A stretch of 64,000 bases of DNA, filler included, from Perkinsus olseni (GCA_013115125.1; 5 parts of 5 records of this genome joined end to end with filler, not necessarily neighbours in it), one strand, 5' to 3'; positions 1 to 12,512 are shown, counted from the whole stretch's first letter. Numbers and translations: made by a program. The notes: generated by a model from the letters alone, not told the origin.

Positions 1-1560
1 TAGTCCTAGTCGTGGAGCTCATAGTTGTAGTAGCACTAGTCGTGGAGCTCATAGTTGTAGTAGTCCTAGTCGTAGTGCTCTTGGTTGTGGAAGTCCTAGT
101 CGTAGTGCTCTTGGTTGTAGTAGTCCTAGTCGTGGAGCTCATAGTTGTGGTAGTGGTTGTGGTAGTGGTTGTGGTAGTGGTTGTGGTAGTAGAAGCCTTC
201 GTGGTCGTAGAACTACCCGTGGTTGTGGTAGTAGAAGCCTTCGTCGTCGTAGAACTATCAGTGGTAGTCGTAGATGTACCCGTGGTTGTGGTAGTAGAAG
301 CCTTCGTCGTCGTAGAACTACCAGTGGTAGTCGTAGTAGAAGCCTTCGTCGTCGTAAAACTACCCGTGGTGGTTGTAGAACTACCCGTGGTGGTCGTAGA
401 ACTACCCGTGGTGGTCGTAGAACTACCCGTGGTAGTCGTAGAACTACCCGTGGTAGTTCTAGCACTAGTCGTGGAGCTCATAGTTGTAGTAGTCCTAGTC
501 GTAGTGCTCTTGGTTATAGTGGTCCTAGTCGTAGTGCTCTTGGTTGTAGTAGTTCTAGTCGTAGTGCTCTTGGTTACAGTAGTCCTAGTCGTAGTGCTCT
601 TGGTTACAGTAGTCCTAGTCGTAGTGCTCTTGGTTGTAGTAGCACTATTCGTAGTGCTCTTGGTTGTAGTAGTCCCAATCGAAGTGCTCTTGGTCGTAGT
701 AGTCCTAATCGTGGAGCTCATACTTGTAGTAGCACTAGTCGTGGAGCTCATAGTTGTAGTAGTCCTAGTCGTAGTGCTCTTGGTTGTAGTAGTCCTAGTC
801 GTAGTGCTCTTGGTCGTAGTGCTCTTCGTTGTAGTAGCACTAGTCGTGGAGCTCCTAGTTGTAGTAGCACTAGTCGTAGAGCTCATAGTTGTAGTAGCAC
901 TAGTCGTAGAGCTCATAGTTGTAGTAGCACTAGTCGTGGAGCTCATAGTTGTAGTAGCACTAGTCGTGGAGCTCATAGTTGTAGTAGTCCTAGTCGTAGC
1001 GCTCTTGGTTGTAGTAATCCTAGTCGTAGTGCTCTTGGTTGTAGTAATCCTAGTCGTGGAGGTCATAGTTGTAATAGCACTAGTCGTGGGGATCATAGTT
1101 GTAGTAGTCCTAGTCGTGGAGCTCATAGTTGTAGTAGCACTAGTCGTGGAGCTCATAGTTGTAGTAGTCCTAGTCGTGGAGCTCATAGTTGTAGTAGTCC
1201 TAGTCGTAGTGCTCTTGGTTGTAGTAGTCCTGGTCGTGAAGCTCATAGTTGTAGTAGTCCTAGTCGTAGTGCTCTTGGTTGTAGTAGTCCTGGTCGTGAA
1301 GCTCATAGTTGTAGTAGTCCTAGTCGTAGTGCTCTTGGTTGTAGTAGTCCTAGTCGTGGAAGTCATAGTTGAAGTAGCACTAGACGTGGAGCTCATAGTT
1401 GTAGTAGTCCTAGTTGTCGAGCTCTTAGTTGTAGTAGTCCCAGTAGTCGTGCTCTCGGTTGCAGTGGTCCCAGTAGTCGTGCTCTCGGTTGCAGTGGTCC
1501 CAGTAGTCATGCTCTCGGTTGCAGTAGTCCCAGTGGTAGTACTAGTCGTGGTACTCTCAG
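1..1560. repeat. Coding minisatellite: 30-bp unit, with 21-bp and 12-bp sub-arrays
   Basis: Tandem tagtcctagtcgtggagctcatagttgtag variants; gtagaactacccgtggtggtc units around 350-455; gtggtagtggtt units around 147-190. Confidence 0.95.
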
Positions 1561-1834
1561 CTGTAGAAGTCCTCCCCTTCTTCGAGCCAGCTTTCAACAT
1601 ACGTTGACGGTCTTCGTACTCCATGCCAGATATCTCTAAACTACTCTGATAATCTACACTAACAGTTCTAGGTTCGTCATCAACAAAAGAGGTAGTAGTA
1701 ATGGTATAATCACAGTTGTTGTAGGCTGGCTGGGCGTCCATCTTCGCAGCCCCAGTCACCAGTGGAACCTTATCAGCTGAAATAACCGATAGACATAGAT
1801 AGAAAATTGAAGAGATGCCCAAGGTGCGAGCCAT
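2..1834 (-). CDS. Secreted Thr/Ser-rich mucin-like protein (5' part; runs off the window start)
   Basis: Manual translation from ATG at 1834: MARTLGISSIFYLCLSVISADKVPLVTGAAKMDAQPAYNNCDY...RQRMLKAGSKKGRTSTAESTTTSTTTGTTATES, then TTTMSSTTRT/TTTKSTTTRT repeats. N-terminus is hydrophobic and signal-peptide-like. No stop was seen before the window edge, which explains its absence from the ORF track. Confidence 0.85.
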   Translation of the reverse strand, partial: MARTLGISSIFYLCLSVISADKVPLVTGAAKMDAQPAYNNCDYTITTTSFVDDEPRTVSVDYQSSLEISGMEYEDRQRMLKAGSKKGRTSTAESTTTSTTTGTTATESMTTGTTATESTTTGTTATESTTTGTTTTKSSTTRTTTTMSSTSSATSTMTSTTRTTTTKSTTTRTTTTMSFTTRTTTTKSTTTRTTTTMSFTTRTTTTKSTTTRTTTTMSSTTRTTTTMSSTTSATTTMSSTTRTTTTMIPTTSAITTMTSTTRITTTKSTTTRITTTKSATTRTTTTMSSTTSATTTMSSTTSATTTMSSTTSATTTMSSTTSATTTRSSTTSATTTKSTTTKSTTTRTTTTKSTTTRTTTTMSSTTSATTSMSSTIRTTTTKSTSIGTTTTKSTTNSATTTKSTTTRTTVTKSTTTRTTVTKSTTTRTTTTKSTTTRTTITKSTTTRTTTTMSSTTSARTTTGSSTTTTGSSTTTTGSSTTTTGSSTTTTGSFTTTKASTTTTTGSSTTTKASTTTTTGTSTTTTDSSTTTKASTTTTTGSSTTTKASTTTTTTTTTTTTTTTTMSSTTRTTTTKSTTTRTSTTKSTTTRTTTTMSSTTSATTTMSSTTRT

Positions 1835-1839
1835 TAGCG

Positions 1840-1865
1840 CTGTTGACGCGAGAAAAACGGAAGAA
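1840..1865 (-). promoter_or_regulatory. Putative splice acceptor (possibly trans-splice) upstream of the mucin ATG
   Basis: Minus strand TTCTTCCGTTTTTCTCGCGTCAACAG ends 5 nt before the ATG. Confidence 0.4.
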
Positions 1866-4440
1866 TGCACTGAGGTGAGACAGACTACTCGGAAAATCAC
1901 TTTACCCACTAAACCCACTCAATATTGGATGTAAGCCTATATCCAGCCGAAAGATAAAGATGTAAGAAGTTAAAATGATGAGACTACGAGTCCAGCTCGA
2001 AGGGTTTGGAATGCTGAGTGCATTCAGGATGAGCATTGTGTTGTTGAATATCTTACTTGTGGGAGCAAATGAAACGCTCGCAGAGCTAAAGCCTGTGCGT
2101 GCAGAATCCTTGTGACACTCTTCCCTGTGCGTAGGCTAATCGATCTAGGCGATCTTACTCGGCTAAACTCGATATGAGTCTTGGTTAACTGAGACGGCTC
2201 AAGATATCGTTTGCGATAGTGCCGCGCGGTAGGTCAGGATTAATACGCCTGGTTTGCGACTTCCTAGACAGTGACTCACTGTGAGTGAGAGCACATTCAA
2301 TGTTATATACTTGATTAACAGATCTTGATATACGGATTATGATCAACTGATCGAGTGATGGCAACTCTTACCATGGATTTCCTCGACCGCAATCTCTAGC
2401 CAAGTGAACTGATCCTTCACGTGGCCGGACGATGCCCCGCTTCACGTACGCATGTCGGGGAGGGCCGGAGAGTACAGACCCTACTAAGCACAGCACTATG
2501 ACGGGTAGTTCACAAGCCGAAGTAATGCGTGCCATAGCACAGACTGATTAGAGTTGCTACGCTATAGCGTGGGACGGTGAGATTAAAGTCTGTTTTGACT
2601 GGAGCAATCTGCATTGTCGTATCGTGGTCGTTGTCGTGTAGAACTGGCAACTGTCCAGGGGAGTATTCAGCCAAAGGTCTCGGCATATTCATATGTGAAG
2701 CCACAAGATAGTACGCAGCGGATAGCTTGAGTGAATCGGGAGTTATCAGTGGCCACGTGTAATGGTTCTCTCGTGTGCAGTAGAAATTGTACGGGTACTT
2801 GCAGCTTGCAGAGATGGTGCTCGTCCTTTCGCTCTTCAAGGAACTCAGTTTATCGACTGTCCTACAGTCGGCCGTAGGCTCTCACCCTTGGCTAAAATTT
2901 CCAGTGTTCGCGGAGGTCTGCTCGTCCACTGGCCTTTGGATTAGGATGCAGCTTAGAAATACTATGAACTGGGATATATCTGACATGCCCGAGGTCCCCG
3001 ACCAATGGTCGATCCTCCAGTTGTGGTCGCTGTTAGGACTTACAGGGAGTGGTCTGTCAAATATGCCGGCGATCTGTCATTCGCCGGCATATGTGGTTGC
3101 TATGAACGGCCGTTCGCGGGGGCTGATGACCGTTGCCTCAGCGTTTATTGTTATTCCTGTTTCTACTCCCGCGCAAGGACTGGGTGTTCACGCGGTATCT
3201 CTTTTGTGAATTAAATTGTCGCGTTTTTCTCTCTTATTCCGGCACGTCCTAAACTTGGACGAATTAGTTTTGGAGATGAGACGTACCCTGCTAGAACCAA
3301 GACCGTAGAATAATGGAGGCTCAGAGTTTAACAGTATACTACGCAAGGATTTGAGCCATTAACTATCCAAACTAAAAGTTCTACTCCTAGTATTCGACAC
3401 CATCATACTTTTAAGGTAGCTGGCACTCTGGTTCTCGTCCGAACACACGAGAAAAGATCCTTGGAGAACAACCGAATTCGGTTACCGAATTTCGGTATTT
3501 GACAGCTAGGGATCCTCCAAAATGATTGGAATGAGCATATCGACAACGGAAGCGAAGTCTTTCAGGCAAATCCGCGATGCTTGGGCATTCCGAGTCAGGA
3601 TCATCACCAGTTTACGATCGTACAAGTCCAGGCTGGACTGTCCAGTCGTTTTTCCGCGGAGAAAGAGAGAAACCTGGAACGACGCCCGACAATCGAATGA
3701 CGGACAGAAGGCAGTGGTAAGAGTAGGGCATGTTGAGTGAACTATGCGATTCTGATACGTTCAGCATATGCGCAAGGAGATCCTGAGCTGGCCAAATTGA
3801 TGTTCTGCATGAGCTGATTCACCCCAGTTGTATCATTCTCTGATCTCCACAGGTTCGTCGTCTGCAGATTCGTCTCCACAGACATCTCAGATGTCACATC
3901 TGAGACCTGATCGCCCCAACCTGACCTATCGTACAAATACAGATTGAACCAATTGACAACGCAAGTATCTAATATTGCCCTCCTGAGATTCCGAAAAGTC
4001 TACGGAGGGAAAAATCAGACCTACCTTTCGACGTTTCTCCGCTGCCTTCTCATCCATTCTTTCTCCGCTCGAACCCGGTTGTCTCACTGCCTCTTACCGT
4101 GTCTTCCCATTTATCACATGTGGCTTTCCGTACCCTTCTGAGTGGAGGCTCTTACATGACTAGAAATTGCAGGCAGTCAAATGACCTGCCGTTGGTCCCT
4201 CTTGCTAGATTCTATCACAGTTATGCAAAAAATTCCCAATAGCTCTATCGCCGCGATCATCCCATGCGCTGGTCCTCGGAATTTAATTTCTAGCGGACGT
4301 TGCTGTGCTCGGTTGCTCGACAGTGGCAGGGTGGGTTCGAGCTGTATTACTGAACCACATCCCCCCATTTGATGACCCCTGCCACTGATCGTGTACAGTA
4401 ACGGCTCGTTCTTGGGTTTAGCAGCTAAACCCAAGAACAT

Positions 4441-4499
4441 ACGTGCAGACTACCATAACATTAGCTAAACTTTGGCTAATGTTATGGTAGTCTGCACGT
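4441..4499. repeat. Perfect inverted repeat, 25-bp arms, 9-nt loop
   Basis: acgtgcagactaccataacattagc-taaactttg-gctaatgttatggtagtctgcacgt. Confidence 0.95.
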
Positions 4500-5032
4500 G
4501 TGCACACTTGCAACCTGCGCGCGCCCCGTTTGACGAAGTCCAATAAATTGAACGATTATCAGATTTTCCTCATCAAAGATCTTTCTGGGTTCGCTGTGGA
4601 GAATCCATTGCTCTTCCCGAGAAGCCCACCCCTTTTCTAAGACTGTAAGATGCTGGAGTCCCCACGCAGATTATGCTCCGTCAAACACAACTCATTCCGG
4701 ACTCGTCGAACTCGACTGAGTCGAGTCGACTCGTCCCGCTCTGCCGATGAGAGCTGTGGCTATTGGACTACGAGACAACAAGAAATTTACGAAGCGAGTA
4801 AGTCCGGTACCCAAAAAACCATGTAAGTTTAGTTGTTTCGGTTCTCACCTTTTTTCTGGAGCACTTTTTTCTTTGCATTCTGTGATTCTTCATTGATTGT
4901 TAATGACAATTTGTTACTGATAAGAGAAATCGAAAGTCAGATTACCAGAAATCGTCCTTAGTCTGGAAAATTTCCACTGATTTAGTCAGTCCGGCTGCCG
5001 GTTTCCGGCAGACAAGCATTAAAACTAATAAG

Positions 5033-5242
5033 TTAGTTACGGGCTGCACTAGCAAAAGAGAGATTCGCGTTGACAATGTCGCTTAAAAGCTTCAGTGTAT
5101 AACAAACTCCACGGGGCTCTCCAAGATGAAATCTTCTGTCGCTCACAACTTGGGTCGTCGCAGGTTGAAGTAAAGGACCGAACCACGTACAACTTGAGAA
5201 ATAATGCGTGTCACGCATCACGTCCACGAAACCCGAACTCAC
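5033..5242 (-). pseudogene. Possible hAT transposase C-terminal dimerisation-domain remnant
   Basis: Frameshifted LLQPATT / SCER..ISS resembles the hAT PatsasxERxFS motif. Recognised by eye only. Confidence 0.25.
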
Positions 5243-5699
5243 GCATTGCGTGAAGCTTGCTTCAGGACCTCAAGTGTATTTGGTCTCAAGTTTCAAAGCC
5301 TTGAGGGATGTCGTGGAACAAGAGAGTCTCTTGAAGATCAAGAGACATTTTTGTTCCACGAGATCAAAACTGCCATCAGCATATCATATCTACTGATAAG
5401 TTATGCCACCAAGTGCTGAGAGCCGATGAGTCAGGAGCCTGGCAGCATTGTCCATGGCAACAACGGAAGAAAGCAGCTCAATGAGCCACCTTGCGGATAT
5501 CCTCCATTTCTTGAATATCTATTAGCATATAGGCTTCCGTATATCAGTGTTAGCGTCTAACACAGGAAAGGTTGCCTACCTGAGTGGTAGGTCTAACGGT
5601 TAGGCCTACGACTCAGGAAGTGCGAGCTGCGCATCAGCTGCCCTTCAAGCCGTCTGCGATACAGGCTGCGCACCAGCTCCATGTTGTGTGAGACTGGTA

Positions 5700-6794
5700 C
5701 AAGCTGACGATGAGGTCGCGGTTCTGATGTGTCGAATTTCGCTCTAGCGTCCACTAATTTGTGGTCGGACCACGGTGTTCCCGTCTCGAGGCATGCCCCT
5801 TGATCCAGTCCCAGTGTTCTCCCTGATGGAAACATCAACCCCTTCTCGGACTACCATCAAGGTAGCCCTTGCCCGTGATGCTCTGTTGGTCAATCGCGCA
5901 CCGTTCCTAGATCTCCACGCAGTGGCTTCACTGCGGTATGAGAGCTCGCATGGATTCGGATCGTAGCCGGAGCATCACACGCGTCACATCTGCACATGTT
6001 ATTGAATACGAGGATACCACACAGCTCAGCACGTTCGTAGCCCACAGTCCACATCAGTGATCAACCATGGTGATGTGACATCGCCATGGTTGTGAATCAC
6101 AACTTGTGATATTGAGACGAAGACATTCTGTCTGAGGTACCTTTCCACCGCGGCATGATCAAGCTCTCTCCAGCCAGTCCATCGTTGAATTAGCGCGTTA
6201 GGCAGTGACCTAAGCCCCCTCCTAGACCAGGGGCCTATCTAAGTGAGAAGGGGCTGCTGCGCCTTGCTCGCGAACCACGTCCTCCCTTCTTCATGGCCGT
6301 GGCATCGAGCCCAAAGTTCCGTCTGCAGATCGCCGCGTAGCGTCGGATGGACGTTCTGACTTGTAGCGTGTCTGGTCCAGTCGTAGGTACGGTACCTACG
6401 GGTACCTAAGGATCTCACCTCTGTCTTGAGCCTCTCCGGCAGTTCTGGGTGCAGCTCCGACGCGGTCTTTCAGTACCTCTCCCCCACACACTACGGCCTT
6501 CTCCTTGTCAGGCGCTAGCTGCATGCCTTCCTCATTCGCCCATCTTGCCGCTGGCGCCTTGGCTATCCTAAGGCCGCGGACGAGATTGTCCACCGAGTCA
6601 CTGCTCACTCCACTGCATACACCATCGGAATATAGTACCACAATCAGCTCCCATGCAGACCTCTTACCTCTGTCCTCGCGCCACGGATGTTCGATCGCAC
6701 CGGTCATCCCCGCCGAGTGTAACGCCGAAAGCGCAGGGGATAACCCGGACCCCTGACAGACTCGCTTGCCCCTGAACCGCGAGACTTGCGCCAA
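5700..6794 (-). mobile_element. Degenerate non-LTR retrotransposon ORF2: RT C-terminal motifs followed by RNase H
   Basis: LIVVLYSDG (decayed YADD), then RWANEEGMQLAPDKEKAVV and EILRYP (LINE W..gl.l...Kt..v / lkyLG pattern). Downstream: RAELCGILV, IRIHASSHTAVKPL, WIKGHAS and HKLVDARAK, the RNase H motifs in the correct order. Confidence 0.7.
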
Positions 6795-7168
6795 TTAATA
6801 GCGGAATGCACATCTGCTGCAGTGTTTCGGAAACACTGTTTCCCGGCGGGAAACTCCCGCCGAGTTGGAGTGCCCTTTAACAAACTTGAAGCATATAATA
6901 AGGGAAGAAAGTTCAGTTCCTCTCACCCAGGAACCACCAACGACCCTCGTCATTTTTCCCATATCTCTGACAGGATTGTAGTATTGTGTATCCCACTCTT
7001 TCAGTATTTTTAGGACAGCCTGCTGATCTGTATGGCCTCGCAGCGAGGCCCTCGCTGAAGAGCGTTCACCAGCTTCGAGCCGAGTTGACTGCTTGAAGGT
7101 TACAATGCATGGATCATGAAGACTTCATGATGAAATACGATATTGCTAGTGTATGAACACCTACTTTC

Positions 7169-7570
7169 CTAAATAAAATTACTTAGGTGTTCAACAAATG
7201 CCGGCGCCGAGTGCTCCAAGCCGCGATTAAAGTTGCTCGGGTGCACCGTTTCAACTTCATAGAGAGTTTTCCCTACTGCACGAGGCTTCATACGGATTTG
7301 ATACGTTACCGGGGCAACACGAGCGGCCCACCTGCACATGTTCGAGAGTACGACGATACCAGACAGTTCAGCATAGCTATCCATGCCCTCGTTGGTTGAC
7401 ATCCGAAGTGTCAGAGTCGGTACGGTGCTTTGAATACCTTCCAGTTGGTTCCCCTGGGATCTCTGCCGGTTTGGCCTTTCGTGTTGGCCCACATGCCCGA
7501 ATGTGGCGATGACGGCCTTGCCTCCTGGCTGTTGGCCTCTTACATTATGTACCGATGATATGCTTTCCAC
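7169..7570 (-). mobile_element. Second degenerate non-LTR RNase H fragment
   Basis: SYAELSGIVVLSNMCRWAA; nucleotide similarity to 5930-6035 and 11060-11200. Confidence 0.6.
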
Positions 7571-8874
7571 TCCCTGGTCACTAGGGACTAGAGGCTAAGG
7601 GGGGGGGCCGGACTTGTTCTTACCTTATTGCCTCGGTTGTGACGATTCTATAAGGGGCCGCTCGTAAATGCGATTACTTGTCCATCGTTGTACGAGGTTG
7701 GAGCTCAGCCCTTTTCTAATAATGGACCTCTATGGCAATCTCCTATAGAATTGGTGGCTGCCAGTTTAACCGGTGGCCAAGTCACTGGCCCATTTACTTT
7801 CCATCCTAGTCTCTCTTTCGAGAACCTCACACTGAGGTGTGGAGCTTTCATCCCCATTTTTTGCGGTCGTTTTGCCAACCAGGCTAGCTTAATTTAAACT
7901 GCTTGAGCCCCTTAGTTTCCTGCATTGCTCTATGGTGGCCAGTATCCACTGGCTACAGATCCTGATACGCGTGGTTTTCCCGCGGGACATCCTGTTTCCG
8001 AGCCATTTCAGGCTGTCCTCGTCGACACGCCGGTGACCGTTGTCGGGCTCGGCGAGCCAGGCTCGTTAGGTTTCGCGTCTTGCGACATGTTCCTGTGGTA
8101 TTCCCAAAGGCAGCAGACGCTGTGTTTGGTGGTGCCTGTACAACAGACTCTGTAGTGAGGTCTGCCCGCTCCGTTCAACTCCCTACTGCCTCCGTGACGG
8201 CCTCTAGGCCTCTTGAGAGCCCCCTTTCCGTCAGTTCCCTTATGAGAGGCTCTCATTGAGAGCAAGGAAATCATTGGCGTAGGTCAATCATTGATTATCA
8301 ATAGCCATTGAGAATTGGCGTAGTTGGTGATCACCGGTATCTACCGTAAAGCAATTTTGATAATCCCATGTACTCATTGCGAGTAGGGTGGGTGACAGAC
8401 TGTCACTTACAGCGAGCCGCCCTGGTTGATCTCTCGAATGCGGACACTCCGAGCACCATGGAGGCGGGGGATGTGTCTTGTGTCACAGGACCTGTGAGAA
8501 TCGATTCATTGATTACTGCCATGCTCGTCCTGCTGTGCGACCTGTCGCATTTATAATATGCCCGTGGTCCTTCTAACAGAAGCACATAGCCTTTGATGAG
8601 TAGCCAGTGTGTGTAAACTGTTTCTACGGACTTTTTATGCATCAGCATCTTACAAGTCAGAAATAAACGAGAAAGAGAGAAGAAAGGAAAAAAGTAGAAT
8701 CAAATGCTACACAATGATACAGCCACCTCTCTTCAATCCTCCTTCAGTCCGCTTAGAGCAATAAACCGTTGCAGCTTATATGCCCTATCCGAGGTCGTTA
8801 GGAAATGTGACAGGTGTCTCAGGCCACTAACGTGCCCCAACACACGCCTCCGAATCTCCTCATGCCTTCTGCAC

Positions 8875-8883
8875 TAGCCGTAG

Positions 8884-8924
<41 letters not shown>

Positions 8925-8931
8925 CGCGCCG

Positions 8932-8967
<36 letters not shown>

Positions 8968-9117
8968 TTTTGTTTTTTTTTTTTTTTTTTGTTGGGGNNN
9001 NNNNNNCCCCCCCCCCACCACCCCCCCCCCCCCCCCCCCCCCCCACCCCCCGCCCCCCCCCCCCCCGCGCGGGGGGGGGGGCCCCCGCGCCCCCCCCCCC
9101 CCCCCCCGCTACGACTA
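8875..9117. repeat. Poly-G / poly-C inverted low-complexity tract around an assembly gap
   Basis: tagccgtagc(G)n...NNN...(C)n gctacgacta; the outer flanks are reverse complements with one mismatch. Confidence 0.7.
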
Positions 9118-9905
9118 AAGACTTGTCTGCCATGAGTGTGAATGATCATCAGTCACACTAGTCTGCCCGCAGCTTCGATTGCGCCTATATGCTGCGTGCA
9201 CCCACCGCCTCGAGAAGAACACCGGAATATCAGTAGCTAGTATCCAGTGTCTACTAGCTACCACGATGTACAGAGTGACTAAGTCACTGTGACTCCGTAT
9301 ATCGAAGGCGTTTCTTGCCAGGTTTTCTTTTCACCGAACGCGACCCGCGCAGCGGCGGTTCAGGGTTGAGTCACCCCGTCAGGTTTCCCGTGCGGCTAGA
9401 GGATCCACATGGATTCGAGTCGGGACCAGCAGAACACAATCGCCCCACCTGCACACGTTCAAAGATACAAGGATACTAAGCATCCGGCTCCTCGCTGTGC
9501 GACGACGTCGACGTCGCAGCGACGTAGATTTTTCTCACTTCCGGTTTTCACCGGTATTATTGTGTCACCTGCATGGCGGATCGTACCTCAGCCGCGCACT
9601 AATTGTCTGGCGATGGAAAAGCGCGATCCTGTGAACGGCGGGAGACGAATCGTCTCAGACGATACTCTACCCTGCTTTCTGCTGTGGTTACTCCCTTTCT
9701 CCCTGTAACCGCGCGCATGCGCTCGGTTTCTCCTCACCCTACTATTCGTTGGAACTTCCAACGACTTCCAACTTGGAAGGCCTGCCTAATATTTCTGCAG
9801 CAGTCCGCAGTGCGGACTCCGCACTCCAGCTGCCTATAGTGTTACGGTAACACTGTTACCTATCTCTGAACATACGCAGGTAACCTACCTGAGATAGGCC
9901 TAACG

Positions 9906-12170
9906 CTAGACTTTAAACGAGTCAACTGTTCGCAGCATCATCCCACCCATGGCATTGTGAGGCCAAGATAGGCAAGAAAACGTTCCCCAGTTGAGTACCT
10001 CGTTCCCCCATACCTCGGCACCATACAACACCACGGAGAGGCCAAATTGTTCCAAAGCCGCCTTGGGAGCGTCATCCTTTAAGCCATAACAAAGCCGAGC
10101 AGAGCACTTGATGCGAAGTATCACGGCTTTGTCCTTGGCATACTTCAAATATTCCAACTCGATAGGGCTCCAAGTAAATAGGACCGCAACCAATCGATTG
10201 AGTTTGTCGGAGGCCTCGGTGAAATGCGTCCAGCGAAAGTCATGCGCGCTCCCCATTTTACCACTGTTTCCCTTGAAGGGAAAGTTCGGGTTCAAGACAA
10301 CGCAGCAAAGTTTCCCGCGTTGCGTTCGCTAACCACCTCTTCCTCCGAGGTCCTACATACTGGGTTGCGTCCCAAGAGCATAGACTTGTCGTGAGGGTCT
10401 GGGCATCTAGAAACCGATGACTCAGAAGCCGAGGGGAGAAGCCTGCGTTGCTGCGGTCCTGGTCGGAAAGTTTGGAGCAGGTCTGGCTTGGAGTAATAGC
10501 TCCCACCAACAGTGATTGGGTCGGCGAAGCTGATACGCTAGATTCAGTTTGCTTGCACGCCTCGTATATCCTGTCTCCCTTGTCTAGGGAGTCAAGGAAG
10601 GCCTTAAAAGCTTGCTGCTTCTGGTTCTGCAGGCCGCCTGCAGCAGGCGGTGCCGACGGCACCGTGCCGTACGTAACATCAGAAGGTCTCTGGCAGAGAC
10701 TCTCTGCCATCAAGCGGGAGGCACCGGAAGTCCTCCACCTGCCTCTCAAATCTCCATGCCGTGTCATTGCGAGAGGACCGGTTGGGAGGATATATTGCCC
10801 AAATATGATTATGGCCATTAGTATCACCGCACATAACACACTGTGATTGGTACCAAGTAGTGGAAAATCGGTTCAGACGTTTAACGTTGGATAGAGATTC
10901 TCTATTAGAGAAGGAGGATTGTAAAAAGATACAATACTGAGACTATGTGAAATGATAACCGTGAGGTCAGCGCACGAGATATCAGAGCTGAGATCGGAAG
11001 GGCTAGCTATACTAGAAGACACAAATTGTGCCACACAATGATGCATACCGGTAGCGGTTTCACTACGGCATGAGAGTTCGCATGGACTCGCCGAGTCCGA
11101 CTCGGATCGTAACCGTGGCAATGCAGGCAGCCCACCTGCACATGTTCGAGAGTACCAGGATACCACACAGTTCAGCACTGTTATCCATGTCCTCGTTGAC
11201 TGACACAGTCAGCCTGCCACAGTCGCTGGCAGCAACTTGCTGCACGAGCGGTCAGGCCCCGCAGAGTCGCGGGGGCATGTACATTCCGCTAAGGGGTGAT
11301 CGCCCCACATTTAACGCATTTGGGCGCCCTATGGCAACGACTGCCGGGGATGCGGGGGTGATAGGCTCCACAGGTGAAGCAGAGCGCATCCGAGGAAGCC
11401 CTTTTCACTTGGACGCGCGAGAGACCGGTGTAGAGATGCGCCTTGCCCAACCAGGAAGTCAGTACATGGCTGGGACCCTTGATGAAGATCACACCTCCTT
11501 GGGAGCGCCTGACGATAGACACGCCGTCCGTGGCACAATGTTCACGCAAAGGCCACGATTCTCAATAGTTATATCTCTATCAGCAGACGGAACACGAACA
11601 ACCACGGATGGTTCCTTTAAGGAACTTCCTTACTAGTAACTTGCTTTCGGTTATCAACAGACAGATTGCTTATCAAGACTTTACACTGCTTCATTATCTC
11701 GTCACGACGCACTAAAATTTCAGGTTTAGAGTCTCAACTTGAGACCTATCCTCAACTTTTATAGAGAAGCCACCAGCAAGAGCAATCATCTTTAACGAGT
11801 CAGGAATCTTATTCAAGTCCTCACATGCAACAAGGACGGCGACATCAGGTTTAGGCGGGGATGAGTTATTAGTTGGCATCTTGAAGGCTGGCAAATGGTC
11901 CCAACTCTAACCTCTACCAGCAAACCTCTACCAACCTAACCGCAACCAGTGAACTCTTCATACTAGCGTCTGTAGTGGGTGAAGCACCCATTTTTTTAAC
12001 AGCAAGTGGAGCATTCTTACGAGTAACGTTTCCTTCCGCTCTATGGATAGAAGTAATACCAGAAGAACACTCTCTTATGCGAGAAACCCCTAGAAGATTC
12101 GATATCCCGCCTGTCGATTATCTCCCCTTTTCAACCTCAAGCCTTTGCTTCCTGTTGTGGTGGTAGCAGT
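9906..12170 (-). mobile_element. Scrambled non-LTR retrotransposon remnant (ORF1 zinc knuckle, RNase H piece, endonuclease-like piece, post-RT region)
   Basis: CFTCGAYH..C...KCVKCG gag-like knuckle (11289-11549); AELCGILV RNase H piece (about 11060-11200); SIVSFYNPP endonuclease-like motif (about 10910-10950); VVLYGAEVWG post-RT motif (about 10010-10040). Many stops and frameshifts. Confidence 0.65.
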
Positions 12171-12461
12171 AGCTGTGGTCGTGGTAGTTTTGTTTTTGTT
12201 TTTCTGTGAGGGGACGGCAGTTCACCAATAGGCTAGTGGCACTAGCATAGCACCACCTACTGAGTGCGGCTCCTGCCGGATGGCGGAGGCCACAAGTCAC
12301 TCCCAAGAGCACAGTCGAGCTGGAGCCTCCAGCCTGGAGGCAGCCGCTGAGCGGCTGCCGCTCTGAGTAGGACGCGCGCCATCGCAACGTGTAGGCTACA
12401 CGGTGTAGCCCTGTTAGGATAGCAAAGCTTCCACTATTAAGGGCCTTGTGGCCCCAAACCT

Positions 12462-12512
12462 CCGAACCGTAAGTAGCAATAGAGAGTCTCTCTATTGCTA
12501 CTTACGGTTCGG
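12462..12512. repeat. Perfect palindrome, 25-bp arms, 1-nt spacer
   Basis: ccgaaccgtaagtagcaatagagag-t-ctctctattgctacttacggttcgg. Confidence 0.95.

Noticed and set aside
12..1607. 531-aa Val/Leu-rich plus-strand ORF
   Set aside because: Antisense shadow of the Thr-rich mucin repeats; the minus frame has the ATG and the signal peptide.
8814..9161. Gly/Pro-rich ORFs
   Set aside because: They are translations of homopolymer runs around a gap.
5915..11200. Three-copy dispersed repeat as a structured RNA or ribozyme (GCAGTG/CACTGC vs GTAGCG/CACTAC hairpin)
   Set aside because: The copies translate to RNase H motifs in the right order on the minus strand, and the hairpin is absent from the 7.3-kb copy.
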